DNA from: Laetmonice hystrix
Lineage: Eukaryota
Assembly: GCA_965235115.1 (NCBI GenBank)
Contig: OZ249453.1
Span: 7,192,001-7,256,000 of the forward strand
Direction: 5' to 3'
DNA length: 64,000 nt
Positions 23,992 through 38,923 of this stretch are shown here, one piece after another. Made by a program: the position numbers and the translations under genes. Each line of letters begins with the position of its first letter. The stretch's first letter is position 1. The notes beneath the pieces were generated by a model. That model was not told the origin of the DNA. It worked only from the letters and a program-made list of their open reading frames with translations, and made no database searches.

Positions 23992-26867
23992 ACTTTCCCA
24001 GAGATTAGTGGTCCGGGGGAGAATCATTGATATTATTACATGGATGACATACTATCTAACTTTGTCCGATGTCTTTGAATCAGGTCCTCGACCCCTAGAC
24101 TTTCCTTTTTATTATTAGGGCGCTTTCATTCTTGTAACTTATAAAACAAGAACACCAACCTGTTGTACGTATTAAAGAATACATTTTATGTCTTAGTTGT
24201 CAAAACTGACAAAAATCTGGTGTATGTTTTGTGTGTTTTTTCATCCCATGTTAAACCAATGGGGAAATTGTGACGTAACAATCGTTTAGGGACCAAAGTG
24301 AGGCGTTTCGAGGCTATTTCTGCTCATTTACATATCTAGGACACGAGACTTGCACTTCCTATTTACACAGGTATTGACATTTGTACATGTACACCGGTAT
24401 TAATGACTTCGCTAATGCATGCCCGTTTATTATACGAGTTAGAGTTTCGATGCCCGTATCGCCCGACTAGTCGCTGACCGGCCATTCATATATTACTACG
24501 TCCGGTAACAGATTAGCTCTAGCGATTGGGACGCCGCCTATTGTTTAGACATTAATTCTTGTCATAGGTTTGCTGGAGATGTCGCGATACCTGTTTCCCA
24601 GCGTTCATTCTGTGCCCACAGCTAGCGGGGGGAGGGGCCCAACATTTTAAGTCCATACACGCCATGAAATAGCCTGAACTGGCCCTGAACGAATTTAAAG
24701 CAATCAGAGGCCCTCACTAAGTGGGCCCCCGACCTCTGATGTAGTCTTGATCATGGCAACCGTTGGGTCCTTAATGGGTTAGCACTGTTTAGGAGTTAAT
24801 ATCACGTTCGCCGAAATGACAAAAAGACCAGTGTTCTGAATCTGTTAGTCAGTGAGTCTGAAACGGGGCGGCACGGCCCCAGGGGGGCGTTTGGGGTCTC
24901 CAGAGGAACGCTGTGGCCCGTGTAGATTTGTAGAAATCTGGTTCCTGAATCGGGATTTGGACAGGAGGGCGGCGAGGCGATGGGGATGTTGTCAGGTTGT
25001 TAGCGTCCAAAGAAATGTCGAGAACCATTGGTGTAACTCGTTCATTCATTCATTTCGCCTGGCATCAAGCCTATACGGTTTTTATTTCTGTATGTGTAGC
25101 TGGCAGTCTTTCTAGCTTGTCTGAGGAGAGCCGTAGATTCACGGAAAGGGTTGCCCATGTTTTGTGACCTCACAGACCCGGAATATGTGGCATGCATCTT
25201 AAATGAAATATTCAATTGAAGCGAAAAGAGGCTGCGCTTATAAAATAACACGGTGTAATTGAAGCTCGCATTGTGCTACATGTATGCTCTGAGGACTCGC
25301 TCAGAAGCTGAGGTTGTCGTGTCTGAACAGAAAGCAATACAAATCGCTTCAATCCTTACAAGAGCACCTTCGTTAAAATTCTTGGCAGCTTTCTCCATCT
25401 CTTTGCAGACGATAAACAGCTGCAACACCCTTCGAGACACGAAGCTGCATGACGGCCACGGACAATTAACTGCGTCCGTTGTCGTATAGTATTTGGGAGC
25501 ATACTTAAAGGCATCCCCAAAATTGAAAAAGAAGTATAAAGAGCTTACTCCTCTCCTGAGGATTGGTCCTCAGACTGGAGGAAAACGCCCCCAATTGATG
25601 ACGGAGGTACCAAGGCAGGCAAGGACAGTTATCTTGAATTCCCGATATACATTTTACTTTTACTGGTTGGTGCGACATTTCAGATGTGTTTGCTATTGGG
25701 TCCTGGCGTTCTAATTAATGAGTCAGTGAGTCGGTAACTGTTGATTATATTATCTTTATAATATCCTAATCCTGGTTACAGCATACAGTGGTTCAATCTC
25801 CCCGTTCCCTTTGAAAGGATGACATGATGAATTAAGTGGCTTAACTTTCCAGCGGTACTGTTTTCTCCGGTTTGGGCGGGGGACCAAATTTATCTTGGTG
25901 AAACTGCAGGGGTTGAGGTCTTGCCGGAAATGTAGAGGTTGAACCCTCAGGGACAGGGAACTATGGGTTGGCTACCGGGAGGTCCTTTCTCTTCCTCCAT
26001 CATGAATCATTTAAAACCTACATAGTTGGCATTCACAACTTGTTGGATGGATTGGATGGACAAAGCTGAGGTCAAGGATGACATTGATGGGCACTTCATG
26101 ATTTTCTGATGCCACAGAACGCTGAAGTTGCTATCACCATTTTTTCCTGACGCGGAGTTGGAGGCGTTCATTTTTTTATATACATATAACGTGTTGATTT
26201 TGCATGTAGTGTTGGTCCTACATAATGTATCTAATAGTATCTACGATGTCCGAGCTTGTTAGTACATGCGGTAACGAGCTCGCTGTTATAGAAGATTTAT
26301 TGTACCAAACCTTGAATGTAGGGGGAGATATATAATGATAGATGGCCATGCCACCGGGACCTGGACAAGGTTGGCACGGCGGGGGCTGGGGGGGATACCC
26401 CCCGCTTAATTATCCAAATTCATCCCAGGGGTTAGTGCCACTGATGTACAAGGTAATGTATTGATAACATCTGATGGCATGCCCCAACCAGCAGGTGATA
26501 ACAATAGTGTATATCTAAATGACCTTGGGATATCTAAATGACCTACAGGGTAACTGGTCAATTTCCTTGCTCCCTGAAGCTAGCTAAACTTGGCCGGTAT
26601 ATGACCAGGCCATAAAACATGTCACTGTTCCCATTCTCCTATTTCTATAATGATAATGATGTTCACGTGCGTGAATTCGTAACTAAATTTCCATTTCACG
26701 CTCTTATTCCTAGGTCCTTGTCTCTTCATATTTTATGGATCTGAGCTGAACGATTTTGTTATGTCCTTAGGGTCAGGGGTCCGCCTATACAGAAAGACCA
26801 TTAATGTTTAAGAAAAACGCTATCAATAAATAAATAAAATAAATAAGTAAAGAGATAAAAGCTGGCA

Positions 26868-27000
26868 ATACGGGATTTTGGATTTAGATTGGGGGTTATG
26901 CCTTTGCTGTAACAGCCGGTCAGCTTTACCGGTGGAGCAAACCGGAATGTCCGGGAAAACCATCAACCTAAGCAGGCAATTGACTAACCTTCTCACGTCC
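26868..27000. mobile_element. Fragment of an interspersed repeat resembling a widespread lophotrochozoan SINE-like element
   Basis: GGTGGAGCAAACCGGAATGTCCGGGAAAACCATCAACC...GACTAACCTTCTCAC resembles, from memory, the common GGTGGAGGAAACCGGAGTACCCGGAGAAAACCACCGACC repeat. A weaker similar piece lies at about 23290-23350. Confidence 0.4.
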
Positions 27001-30000
27001 TGCATGCTCGCGCAATACTTTTAGTTATTACGTCCGAAAAAAAAACGTTTTCGGGAATATTTGTTTGCTTGGTCTGACTATGGACACCTCATTATAAGGA
27101 CTCTCATAACACAATGTCATCAGAGGGGTTACAATAGTTTACAATCATAACAAATGCTGATTCAGGAAAAAAAAACCATCGAGAGGTTATGGCTACAAGA
27201 TCCTGAATGCATCCATCACAAGAAAAATGTTTGGTCATGGCAGAACCCCAACCCGCCACCCGGCTCTAAATGTATTCATACTAAATGTAGTTCTCTCGGA
27301 GGGTCAAGTGTTTTAGACATGTTGTAGCGTACCTACTACTATCGTATACATGGGCTTGTCGTGGCTTATAGACAAACCGCTCTTTTTCCAGCTGGTCCAG
27401 AATGTGTCTGGCAGGATGAGGCTAAATTATGGCGACTGTTCACTTCATAACGGGAACACGGTACAATATGTTCTAGGCGTCCTGGGATGTGAAGGGCACA
27501 GGGTGCCACAGGGTGCCACAGACTGCTGGTAGTGGGCGCTGATCTACGAGTCTACCTACGCTAGAGTAATATTCCCCGAACTACTAAAACAGGCGACCTA
27601 CGCGAATATTTGAGCTATGGACAACAGCTTCCGGTTTTGATGAAACGTTTATGACGGTCGTAGTGCAGGTCTCTGTGACCCCCTGGGGTCCCGCATTCCG
27701 TTTTGGTTATATTTCGTCGGTAAAATGCGTGTGAGGGTCTAGATTCTATGTTATTTATATTTGATCTATTACTTTCACTCAAGGCGGCTCGAGACTTACC
27801 GGTCCGGGCCAGATCCGAGCAGAAATCCCTCCTCTATCGTGTGATATTTTCTGATAATCATCCTCAACACTTTGCGTCGGTTTTCCTTTTAATAGATTTT
27901 TCAGAGAAAGCGTTTAAACTTACCTGGGCGTTTGGCGCTGTCTCTGGTTCGGCTGAAGATCACTTTCACAGGTTTGACCACAGTATACAAAACATTCACT
28001 TCGACTTGTTCTTACGGAGAAAACCGCTTGGCCAGTAAAGTCTAAACAATATTCTGTCCCGTCATCTGGACAAGGCACGCTATAGAAAGCCACTATTGAA
28101 GGCCGCTATGGAAGGCCGTTGTTGCCGCAGTAAAGGTAGATTGGAAATGAACCGCTCCACGGTGCCGCCCTTGTGGCGACACGACGCGACGCATGCGCCG
28201 TGTGGGCAGCGTTCGGGGCTGGAACGCCGACTTCTTGTGACTGGGAATGTTTAGTTCCATACTCTACGCTGGGTGACGGATCTTTGTCGATTTGGCCCAT
28301 ACATTTTGGCTCCGGAGGCGCAAGTGTGTGACAAGCATGTAAAGGCAGTAAGAGAGTATCTTTGCTGTAATTACAATAGGGATCAGTAGCTATTGTGCAC
28401 ATGTGTGATGTGAAAAAACTGAGGATGACTTATCGTTGAGCCACAACCAGCAGGCCCTAATACCATAAGATAAACGTATAGGTAGACATTATCTTTGGAT
28501 TATTCAAATGTCTAAATTTCTGTTATGTGTCCAAGGTTGGAATGCAGTTCGATCTTTCACCTGCCTTCCAAAGAATGTCAAATGTGGTTACACATTTTAA
28601 GCGCGGTTGCAGGTATATAAAGCGCCCGGGGGTAGAATAGGTCCACTAGACGAACGGTCATCAGGAGAATAACCTAGATTTATACCCTCACCCATGTATA
28701 TTAAGGGCTTTCCGAACACCCTTCCTTTCAAATCATCCTTACCGTTTATCACGGATGCCCCGGGCCGGTGGGAGGGGGCGTCAAGAGGCCGTGTTTATAA
28801 CGCGCGGGACAATTTATACCCTGATTGTATTTTGGTCATGGCGAGGATGTGCGAGAAATAGCGTTGAATCACAGTGTATCATACCCAGCGTACGTCATTC
28901 ACTGACGCTATAGCCGACCTGTGTCTCATTCACACCGTACGTCATACACTGACGCTAGAAGACCTCCCAGTGCTGACTGACGCCAGGGTGACGCTTCCGT
29001 TGTCTTTACAACCTGGTGGAGGAGAAGAACGGGGCGGGGGTCAGTGTTTCTACTTGACGCTTGACGCTCGGCACTGCCCCAAGGTAGATCAAAAGGCCAC
29101 GCCACCGCAATGTAGAAGCGCCACCAATTACCCCTTAGAAGCGTCACCAATAACGACCATGGTATTAAATCCGTCAGAATCCTCTCCCGTGCGTGCTTGT
29201 ATCTATGAAAGGCCGTGTTAACATTAACACCCCAACTAACCTTCTCTTTCACCTTTGTTGGAGGCTGGCACCCTGCAGTTGCCACTTCACAGTGAGTTGG
29301 TATTCAATGGTATGAGTGTTCAAATAGGCTTTCCACCCCCACAGTGGCGAGTGCTGATTGCTGTGCCTCAGTCACCCGTAGGGTAAACTCACTGGCTTGG
29401 CAGAATTGGACGGTATGGGAGCTCTAAGAAAGGGTATGGAAGGGCGACCGTGTAGTAGCAGGCAGTGCTTTGCGACCCCAAGCCCAGGGGTGGTTTCCTA
29501 ACATTTTGAAAAGAGCAGGATTTAATTCATCGTTTAAACAAAAATCCCGTCCTCCCAGCCTGTCTTACGGTTCATTATAAGAAGTCGATGCTAACTGATG
29601 CAGTTCTGTATATAAAAATGGCATCTCTGATTGTCTCTGTTTTTTTTTCAACGACATTACGATCTGAGAGTGGGGAGAGCTATTTGTTAGCAAGTGTACA
29701 TGCGTGTCTGTAAGGGTACTTGCTAAGTATTCATGTGTCTGAACGAAACTTTTTTCTGAGGTAAATTTGCCAACGTAGCGCCACCTACCGAGAAGTTGTG
29801 TGAGCTTACCTTGGATGGATTTGGATCTTTCCAAATACCATGTCTTTCACTGGTTCTCCCCATTGCTCCGCCACTGGGTAATGCCTCATCCACTAAGGCG
29901 ATTTTAGTGTGATTTTGAGATTAAAGGATGGAACCCCCTGAAAAAGGGAAGGCCAGCAAGGAAAGATATCATAGAGAAATTCCAATAAATCAAAAATCGC

Positions 30001-30200
30001 ATAGCCGTCGCAAGGACGTGAGTCAGGCTTTTTAGGCTTTGGTATGTCCCACCGTGTCTGTGAGACGGGAAATATCAACGAACACTCCCTGTTTCTTTCT
30101 CACGTCATCCTAATAGGCCTACTATTCTTCCATGGGACTCGCTGGTACAATAGGTCCTATGGTTGAATAAGTTTAAAAGTCTTTCTCTTGAACAGAACAT

Positions 30201-30548
30201 NNNNNNNNNNNNNNNNNNNNNNNNNNNNNNNNNNNNNNNNNNNNNNNNNNNNNNNNNNNNNNNNNNNNNNNNNNNNNNNNNNNNNNNNNNNNNNNNNNNN
30301 NNNNNNNNNNNNNNNNNNNNNNNNNNNNNNNNNNNNNNNNNNNNNNNNNNNNNNNNNNNNNNNNNNNNNNNNNNNNNNNNNNNNNNNNNNNNNNNNNNNN
30401 NNNNNNNNNNNNNNNNNNNNNNNNNNNNNNNNNNNNNNNNNNNNNNNNNNNNNNNNNNNNNNNNNNNNNNNNNNNNNNNNNNNNNNNNNNNNNNNNNNNN
30501 NNNNNNNNNNNNNNNNNNNNNNNNNNNNNNNNNNNNNNNNNNNNNNNN
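30201..30548. other. Assembly gap (N)
   Basis: Run of N. Confidence 1.
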
Positions 30549-31720
30549 GTTCCTAAATATTCGTGAATGATGTTATTATCCCAGCGATTCTTCCTGATAA
30601 ACAATCTTTATCAATGATGTTTTTATCCCAGAGAATCTGATTGACTCCAGTTCACGGAGTTCAAAACCTCACCTTGAACACCCCCCAATCGTACCCCGTG
30701 TGCCATAAATCATCTCCTGCTATTATATTCACCCCATCCCCAGACACCAATCATCAACCCCTTTCCGTTAGCAACAGGGACAAAATCTCCTCTAATTGTG
30801 CACTAACGGCATAACAGTGGCTTCCAAAACCAAATTAATGCACATTGACTTTAGCAATTAGTCCTTAAGTAAACTGCATTGTTGTAGTCTCAATTAATCT
30901 GAATGTTTGTTTTATGTAAGGCACCTCCATGCCTGAGTTGTATCCCACAGCAAAATGTAGTCGAGTCTATGTGACAACTGTCAATATAAACCACATAACT
31001 CTTATAAAGTTGTGTTAAGAAGTGCTATATTTTATCTCTTTATTCGTATTTCCTTAACTGGATTGTATATTCTCTTTGCTCCATCACCGAGATAACTTGT
31101 ACTTCCACGGCAGGCTAGTTTTAAAAATCTCTACTTAACCTCCAGGGTACGGTATACCATCTGTACATTTAGTATAGTGCATCTAATCATGATCAAGACT
31201 TGATATGTAGATCTGTATTTTTCTTTTCCCCAGCCGAGAGTGGAGGCGGGTGTATTCAACTGTAATCTATAGCGGTTTAAGCACTAGATGGACGATTAAC
31301 TATTCTTGCTTGAAGTATGATTTCTACTTATCCTAAATTAAACATTACAAAAGGCTTCTAAGTTATTCCGCCGCCCAGTGCAGACCAATTTCAAATATGC
31401 TTCGTCTCCAATGTAACAGAGTCTGAAATCCATATTATAGTATGAATATACATGGGAATACGTTATATAAAAAAAGTTGAACGAAATGAATACGTAATTA
31501 GCATGGGCATGGAACCCCTTTTATTCAGACGGAGTCGATTTATTAAATTGAGCCTTTTGACTATTTATAAATGTTCTGAAATGGAATAAATAAATAAGTT
31601 CAAAATTTAGAAAAACCAAAACTTTGGACACATGCAATTGTGTAAAAATGTTCCACATTTAACCTCGCTAGAGCAATGTGAACCCACAAACAATCATTTT
31701 TGCATTTTAGAATACATTAA

Positions 31721-32066
31721 AGGGAATAGAAATGTTCCTCACTAACGTACCTTTGAACACCAGTAACACCATATAAAGTGTCTAAGGTCTCACCGATAAG
31801 TGGAACACTGTCAACGGCGACTTTTTAAAAATACCGCCCGGGTCATTCGCTATTTCCCACGCGAGACAGCTGGAGCTATATCTATTAATAGATTGAGATA
31901 AGGGCCAAATAGGGTAAACAAACGGACGAAGCCAGCGGAAGAATGTCTCTACATTTCGGTTGATTATTTCTTTATTAAAGATCAGATAATCACAAAATTG
32001 TAGGTAAGAACAAGCTTGTTGATGCTGAACACCCTTATATTGATAGTTTGAACTTTTCTATTCCCT
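31721..32066. mobile_element. Non-autonomous Kolobok-like DNA transposon (TTAA TSD)
   Basis: TTAA|AGGGAATAGAAATGTTC ... GAACTTTTCTATTCCCT|TTAA; 17-bp TIR with 1 mismatch. Confidence 0.75.
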
Positions 32067-33372
32067 TTAATGCCCTCCGCTTTAAATTAAATTACAAGTT
32101 AAATTACAATTCTGGTCTATATAATTTGAGAATATGGTCATGGACACCAAAACTATCAACTTTAGCCCCTATTGAAAAAAATTACCCATATGGAGTCGCT
32201 GTTTGATATTCCTTTGATATTCTTTGATATTCCTAAATACATGTGTGTAGTGAGCAGTTAATATCAGTATGGGCAGAATATTCCTTAAACAGGATAGGAC
32301 CTTGTACATTATGTTTTTTCGGGCAAAAGAGAGGTGTGTAAAAAGAACTTTAAATATGTTTGTTGCCCATGTTTGTCTTTCGTTAATTCTATTTCTCAAT
32401 TTAAATGAATCTGTAATTACTGGCGGCAGGTAACCTTTGTAACCTTTAAAAAGGACGTTTTTCAGGATTTTTTGGATAAAATTAGAATTGCGAATTAACG
32501 AAATTTATTTCGGACAACAAAAATGCAAGCTTTGATTCCTCATTGTTAATTCCACCCCGTCCTCCCGTGCTTTATAAATTAAAAACATTTCCAACCTCTT
32601 GGCTTTAAAGGACCACCTTCTTCAAAAGAAAGTTCAGTTGGTAGCTTATTTTGACATCGGAGTTCCATGCCCATGACTGCTGTCGTAGTCATTGATGTCT
32701 AAATTAATTATTTAGTGACGACGGATCCTGGGCTTATGTAAAAACGGGGGTAGTAAAAAACATCTAAAACAGAAACAATGCAAACAGACAAAACGTTACT
32801 GTGCGACTGGAAAAGTTCCGGCGGGTCATAGCAAAATCCCTTTGACAGTCAGTCGTAGGGCATGTCGGGCTGGCTTTGGCGCAGTTGGAGGGCAGCCAAC
32901 TCATGTCATCTTAGTTACATTGTTACAGTTACAGTTACAGCTGATTACAACCAATCGGAAGTCAACGTCGATATCACGTGACACGTGTTCACGTAGCCAT
33001 CAAAAGGTGAATGAATCTGTCAGGTTATAAAAACACCTTCCGTGTGGCGACATAAAATAAATGTCGCTAATGCAATCAGGCGGATCCAATTAACGACGCA
33101 ATGAGTTCGCAAGTCGTCATTAAGGGACGACCATGATGACGACCATGGCCACCATCGTATCTGGGTTGGGAAAAGGATAGAATTCGCAGTATGAGGGATC
33201 TTTAAAGGGTTATATAACTATCACCATCGCTTCAAGTACGGAAGGGTGAGGGAAATTGGTATGTTTTTTCATCCCTGACGTGACGTTTAAAACACCACCT
33301 CTGGGTGTGATACTGCGTCTCATTTCAACGTAGACCAACCCTTGCAACTGCCATTCGCCACATAGGAATTAA

Positions 33373-33806
33373 AGGGGCATGTTAGAATGTACCTGCATCG
33401 AATGGCAAATGGACCAACTGCTGGTCCACCCGAGCAAGCTAAGGTAGACAGGCCGGTCACTAAGCCCCTGTCCCTTCGCCTGCTCACTACACTAGTCTAC
33501 TACAGCCCGGGGAAGCGATGGGTATAGCGGCGGCCGCCATAACCGTTCTCGGAGCCGTTTCAGTCCAAAACAAACCTGACGCGCATGCGCATTCAGTCTA
33601 GGTATCACGTCAGTAAACACACGCTACGTGCCTTCAGTGCAGGCCCTCCCAGACCAGGAGCGGTGAAACATTCTCTGAATCTCGTGGAAATCGCTACTTA
33701 TACGTCTCTACGATAGTGCCAATAGTTTTTAATGTGTCTAAACTATCCAGAAAAAGGCAATACTCTGGAAGAGACACTTTTGTGGTTTTGGATCTAACAT
33801 GCCCCT
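33373..33806. mobile_element. Non-autonomous Kolobok-like DNA transposon (TTAA TSD)
   Basis: TTAA|AGGGGCATGTTAGA ... TCTAACATGCCCCT|TTAA; 14-bp perfect TIR. Confidence 0.8.
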
Positions 33807-34009
33807 TTAAGATCTTCTGTGCATTTGCCTGTACAGTTGCATTTCTGCCCTATTACGAAAAAGGACGAAAATGACCCGTGGCCAGGTTCTATTACGTCCC
33901 CGGTAGTTGTCCCGGAGATTGGATTGCAAGTGAAACAGATCTGGTTTGATAACAGTCTGCCCTCCGCCGCTTTCCCCTAACCTGGCACAGCCTGCACACC
34001 TCTGGCTCC

Positions 34010-34430
34010 CCCTACCCACCCACCTATCCACCCACGCCCCATCCACCCATCCATCCATCCGTCCATCCACCTATCCACCGACCCANNNNNNNNNNNNNNN
34101 NNNNNNNNNNNNNNNNNNNNNNNNNNNNNNNNNNNNNNNNNNNNNNNNNNNNNNNNNNNNNNNNNNNNNNNNNNNNNNNNNNNNNNNNNNNNNNNNNNNN
34201 NNNNNNNNNNNNNNNNNNNNNNNNNNNNNNNNNNNNNNNNNNNNNNNNNNNNNNNNNNNNNNNNNNNNNNNNNNNNNNNNNNNNNNNNNNNNNNNNNNNN
34301 NNNNNNNNNNNNCACGCCCCATCCACCCATCCATCCATCCGTCCGTCACCTATCCACCCACGCCCCATCCACCCATCCATCCATCCACCCATCCATCCAC
34401 CCATCCACCCACGCCCCATCCACCCACCAC
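34010..34430 (+). repeat. (CCAT/CCAC)n microsatellite spanning an assembly gap (N 34086-34312)
   Basis: CCATCCATCC/CCACCC repeats on both sides of the gap. Confidence 0.9.
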
Positions 34431-37400
34431 CTGCTCGTTCCTAACCACAGCTGGAGCCAGAATGTATTAGTCGGTTCTATATCCTTATAAGCAAACACCA
34501 AGGAAAATTAAAGATAGCACAATGAATATCTCTCGTCAGGAAACAAATTGAAAACGTCAAGTGTTCGAGACTGTGCAGCCTAAAAAAACCAAGACGGCTG
34601 TCTTCTCAATGATGCCAGTGGTGGTCTTCTATTTCTGGAGCAAGAGATGAACTATTGCAGGAGTCACTTTCCAGTTTTCACCGGATTCTGCACTCAGGTA
34701 CAAGTAGAGAATACGGTTAAAGGTGCTAGTTAGTGATGGCAAACACGTCAGCATCCAGTGTGAGAGTGTGAATTAGATGGGTTCTCGCCAGTATTGGATG
34801 GGTTCTCGACAGTATTTGATGGGTTCTTGACAGTATTTCAGCCATATTCAGGGCGATATAGGAACAATTTACGTCAGTCAAGGGTTGTCAGTTAAGTATC
34901 TTTGGGTTGAAGTTTCATGTGACCGTTAGGTCGATTAGCATCGTATAATGTATCATTTTCACAAAAGTAGCAGCATCACTTCCATGTGCTATGATCACGG
35001 ACATACGCCCCAAAAGGCAGAAATGTCTACTTTATGTTGACAAAATTACAAGCAAGTACAATTATTTGTACCTGTTTAAGAATTCGATAATCTCACAGCC
35101 GCTGGCTTGGATTTTGGCAGATTCTGATTGGGCTTATCCTCACCATGCATTCTCAGGAAGAAATGATTTCTTATGCTCGTCTTCAAAGTGAATTTACGCT
35201 TTCTCAAAGCGTATCTCAAATGGCGAAAAAAAGATAAGTCACATGTGGAAAAAAAAAGAAGAAGGGACAAAACAGACCCCCAGACCCCTTTCCAAAATCA
35301 TGGTCCCGCTTCTGTATAGTAAGAGCACCGCCATGGTCTTCACATCTCCAGGGATCTATCTACAGTCTCCGGTGTCCGAGGCCGCCGTGAGTCAGTGACC
35401 TTAAGTTAATGCTTGCCCCAATCGGTGGTAGATTGTATCGCTTCCTGTGGGTACTGGCATGTATACCAACGCTAGCCGGCCACTGGCCGAGCCCGCGAGT
35501 CCTTCAACTCCTTCCTTCACGGGGCTGTAGGTTCCTGATCCCAGGAAAGGTCACAGCGACCCGGCTGAGTACAGTACCTTGGGACGCCATCTGGAGCCTG
35601 GGGGTATGTGTATGTGTCCCGAAACCTGTCATAGATTGATTGATTAGGGAGGTAATGAAGACACCGGATGCACACCGACATGTAGGCCTAGAACCTCATC
35701 TGGTCTAAGACGGGACTTACAATACCACAATGCTCGATCGGCTTTTCCCTGGCGTTCCTATTGTCTTGTGGTCACAAGTCGATGGCAAAGCTAATAATAC
35801 GGCTGGATCTGGGGCCGACTGATAAGTCCAGGGCGGATAAACAGAGTTAGCGAAGGTTCCAGAGAAAGGCCGGTGTGATTGGGATGGGGTCAGCTTGTCA
35901 TGACCCGGAAGTATTACAAGATAATAAAGATAAACGGTGTGTAGACATTCTTTAAATTCACTTCTTTCTTGACGAGTTTATCACTGCTCAGAGCTATACC
36001 AATGTATTCAAAACAGGGCTATTTACATCCCGGACTTTCAGAGTTCATAAATGAACACAGACGCATAAGTAATGCTATGGGTGACAGCATCACACAAACA
36101 TACGAAAGCCCAGAAGGCTCATTCGAAATTCGAATTTCAAAATTTGAAATTCGAATTTATAAGGAACACGAGTATCATTAAAATATTCATCTCGGTCGCT
36201 TCTTTTAATTATCCGCACTAGACTATGCAACATATCTGGATTATCGTCATATTACCTATAGGCCCTCAAGCGTAGAATATAGTTCATAATTCATGATAAA
36301 CAAAGTTTGAATTATGCACAGCCAAGGAGCAAACACTAGAGTATCATCTAATTGTAGGCCACTACATCTTTATACCGATATTAAGATTTATATTAGTCTT
36401 GATTAAAGAAGTGAAACCCGGCCAGACAATTATCAATATCCGGAACAAACAATTCGCAATTGTTATTAATAAGGAGCTGGGACTGTACTGGGAAGAGGCT
36501 GTCAAAAACACTTGGAAGAAGAAGCCTATATTAATCCCACGTATTTTAGATGGAAAGTATTAGAACCAATGTTATGCTTTATGTCATTTAGACGATCTAT
36601 CGCTAATGCAGCCTCTTATATTATTCCGGGTTCCGTAAAGTGACTTCCTAATTTGCCCGTGTCAGGACTGAGATTGGAAGGAACTAACTATGCATGGCGT
36701 TCAGACCTGCGTTGAGCGCCCTCTGTCGGGGACTTCAAAACGCCGTCCAGCACTGTTCAATTTCCGGGAACTTCGTTCAATTGGTTCTTTAAAAAAATCG
36801 TAATTTCTCGCATGTCGACTCGTGTTAACTTTGAAACACTGAAAATCTGGGGTTTATATGCCGTGAGCACTAAACCCAACTTACAGTCAGTACGCCAGAT
36901 TGTGTTTTCATCAAGGGTGGGATCCAAGGAGGTTACAGACCAAAACATGCTGGATAGCTCGGAAAACATCTGTCGGATCAACGGGCTGCCGATCTCAATC
37001 TGCTGTTACGTTCAGAAGGGCACGCTCGTTAAAGCTAATATAAGGGGAAACACTGATCGGGGGAGTTCGCTGAAGTGTCTTGTTCCGTTGAGAAATACTT
37101 TCCGTGTGTGTTCCGATTATGGGATGTCTCTTCAATAGGCGCCTCAGTAAGTGTGGCAGTGACGGAGTGTGCAATGGCAGCTGCCGGGTCTGTCTCAATA
37201 ATTAATTCTAATCTCCTGAATTCATATTTACCCTAACGTTTCTTAGGTCATTTTACATTAAAGGGAATCACATATCCTTTGTCCCTACCATAACCCTTGT
37301 ATAGGGTGCATGATAGGTTTCTACGCATACCATTCATCCAAGGGAAAATGCGCGCACCAATGACATTTCGCATATAGTAAGACCTCTCCCAAGGACAAGG

Positions 37401-38194
37401 ACATCTACATATAAGGGATCTCAATCAACTCGGAGACTTTTGATAACTTATTACCACATCATCAGGGTTAACACTGATCCTCAACCTCTGGCTGTTCGTA
37501 GGAGGCGAGGAATGGGGCGAAGGCTGGTGTGACGAAGTGTTTGAATGTCGAGGTGCATAATGGTCTGTTCGGCACAGATGGATTTGGACCCTTCCAGTAC
37601 CAGTGCACCACTGTATTGACAGAGCTTTAGATACACATGGACACATGGGTTGGAGGCGGTACAGGCAACACGAGGCGAACCCGTTTGGGGCTGGCTGTGC
37701 CAACGTAACACAGCACCAACACAGCCACGGCCCTGGTACACTGAACCTCTACTTCCTCACACATCTCCCCGGTTGAGAACATTGTATCAGATTATATGTT
37801 TGTCCCCAAGATACACCTTTAGTGATCATATAATAATGTGATTGTCTACATAGAATGGCACAGGACACACTATTGCTGCCTTGGCCTCGAGCACGTATTC
37901 TCGGTCGCCATGGAGACCCACTGGCCTGACCTCCTGCCAGCAAAAAATGTCAGTCCCAATTTCGCCTGGTGTTTGAGTAATATATCTGTATTGTTAATCT
38001 CTACAAGTCTATAGCAAAAATATTGAGAAGGCTTTCATTGTACAGCTTTTGGGTGTGCGTGTCATTCTGACAAAGCTACTGCGATGTTATCGCGGAGATT
38101 TGTGGCCAATATATATTGATAGTGCCATGTGACGGTTCTCACGTATCAATGAAATATATATCGGATAAGGCATTGGAACTTAGTTATTCGTTCG

Positions 38195-38394
38195 NNNNNN
38201 NNNNNNNNNNNNNNNNNNNNNNNNNNNNNNNNNNNNNNNNNNNNNNNNNNNNNNNNNNNNNNNNNNNNNNNNNNNNNNNNNNNNNNNNNNNNNNNNNNNN
38301 NNNNNNNNNNNNNNNNNNNNNNNNNNNNNNNNNNNNNNNNNNNNNNNNNNNNNNNNNNNNNNNNNNNNNNNNNNNNNNNNNNNNNNNNNNNNNN
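38195..38394. other. Assembly gap (N)
   Basis: Run of N. Confidence 1.
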
Positions 38395-38923
38395 AGGTCT
38401 TAGTCGACTAGATACGTTCATCCTACCGTTCGAAGATCTGGCGTCTGAGACAACACGTGATAACCCAATGATAGCCGCCATACGGAACTATGCCACAGAT
38501 CGACCCACTGACGGGGAAGGGGTTGTATTGCTACAACCCTTTAGAAGAGTCATGTCGCACTTTTCTCAGCCTTGCACCCTCCCGGCTCCAAGTGGACACT
38601 GTGTGACTCACCATACTGTCAGTGTTTGAACCATCAGCACGTGTTGCCAAACTACGACCGAACGTGGATCCATGCAAGCTCCTTCCGGCCCATCAGCCAG
38701 TTCATGGGAGACAGACCCGAGTCTATCTAAGCGATACTTTCAGACGTGACCGTTCACTGTACATGTGACAAGTGGTTTCGTGGCTTTCTGGTGGTGTCAT
38801 ACGGTCGACAGATAAAACTGTTGACTGTAACTGACTGACGTATAGTTCTTTTATACAGTAATTCAATAAATTATGCCGTTTTTCTCTCAGTATACCCCAC
38901 CTGACTGTGGCGATTAGGATACC

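Noticed and set aside
36757-37950. Short minus-strand ORFs with Cys/His content
   Set aside because: No consistent spliced frame and no recognisable domain could be built.
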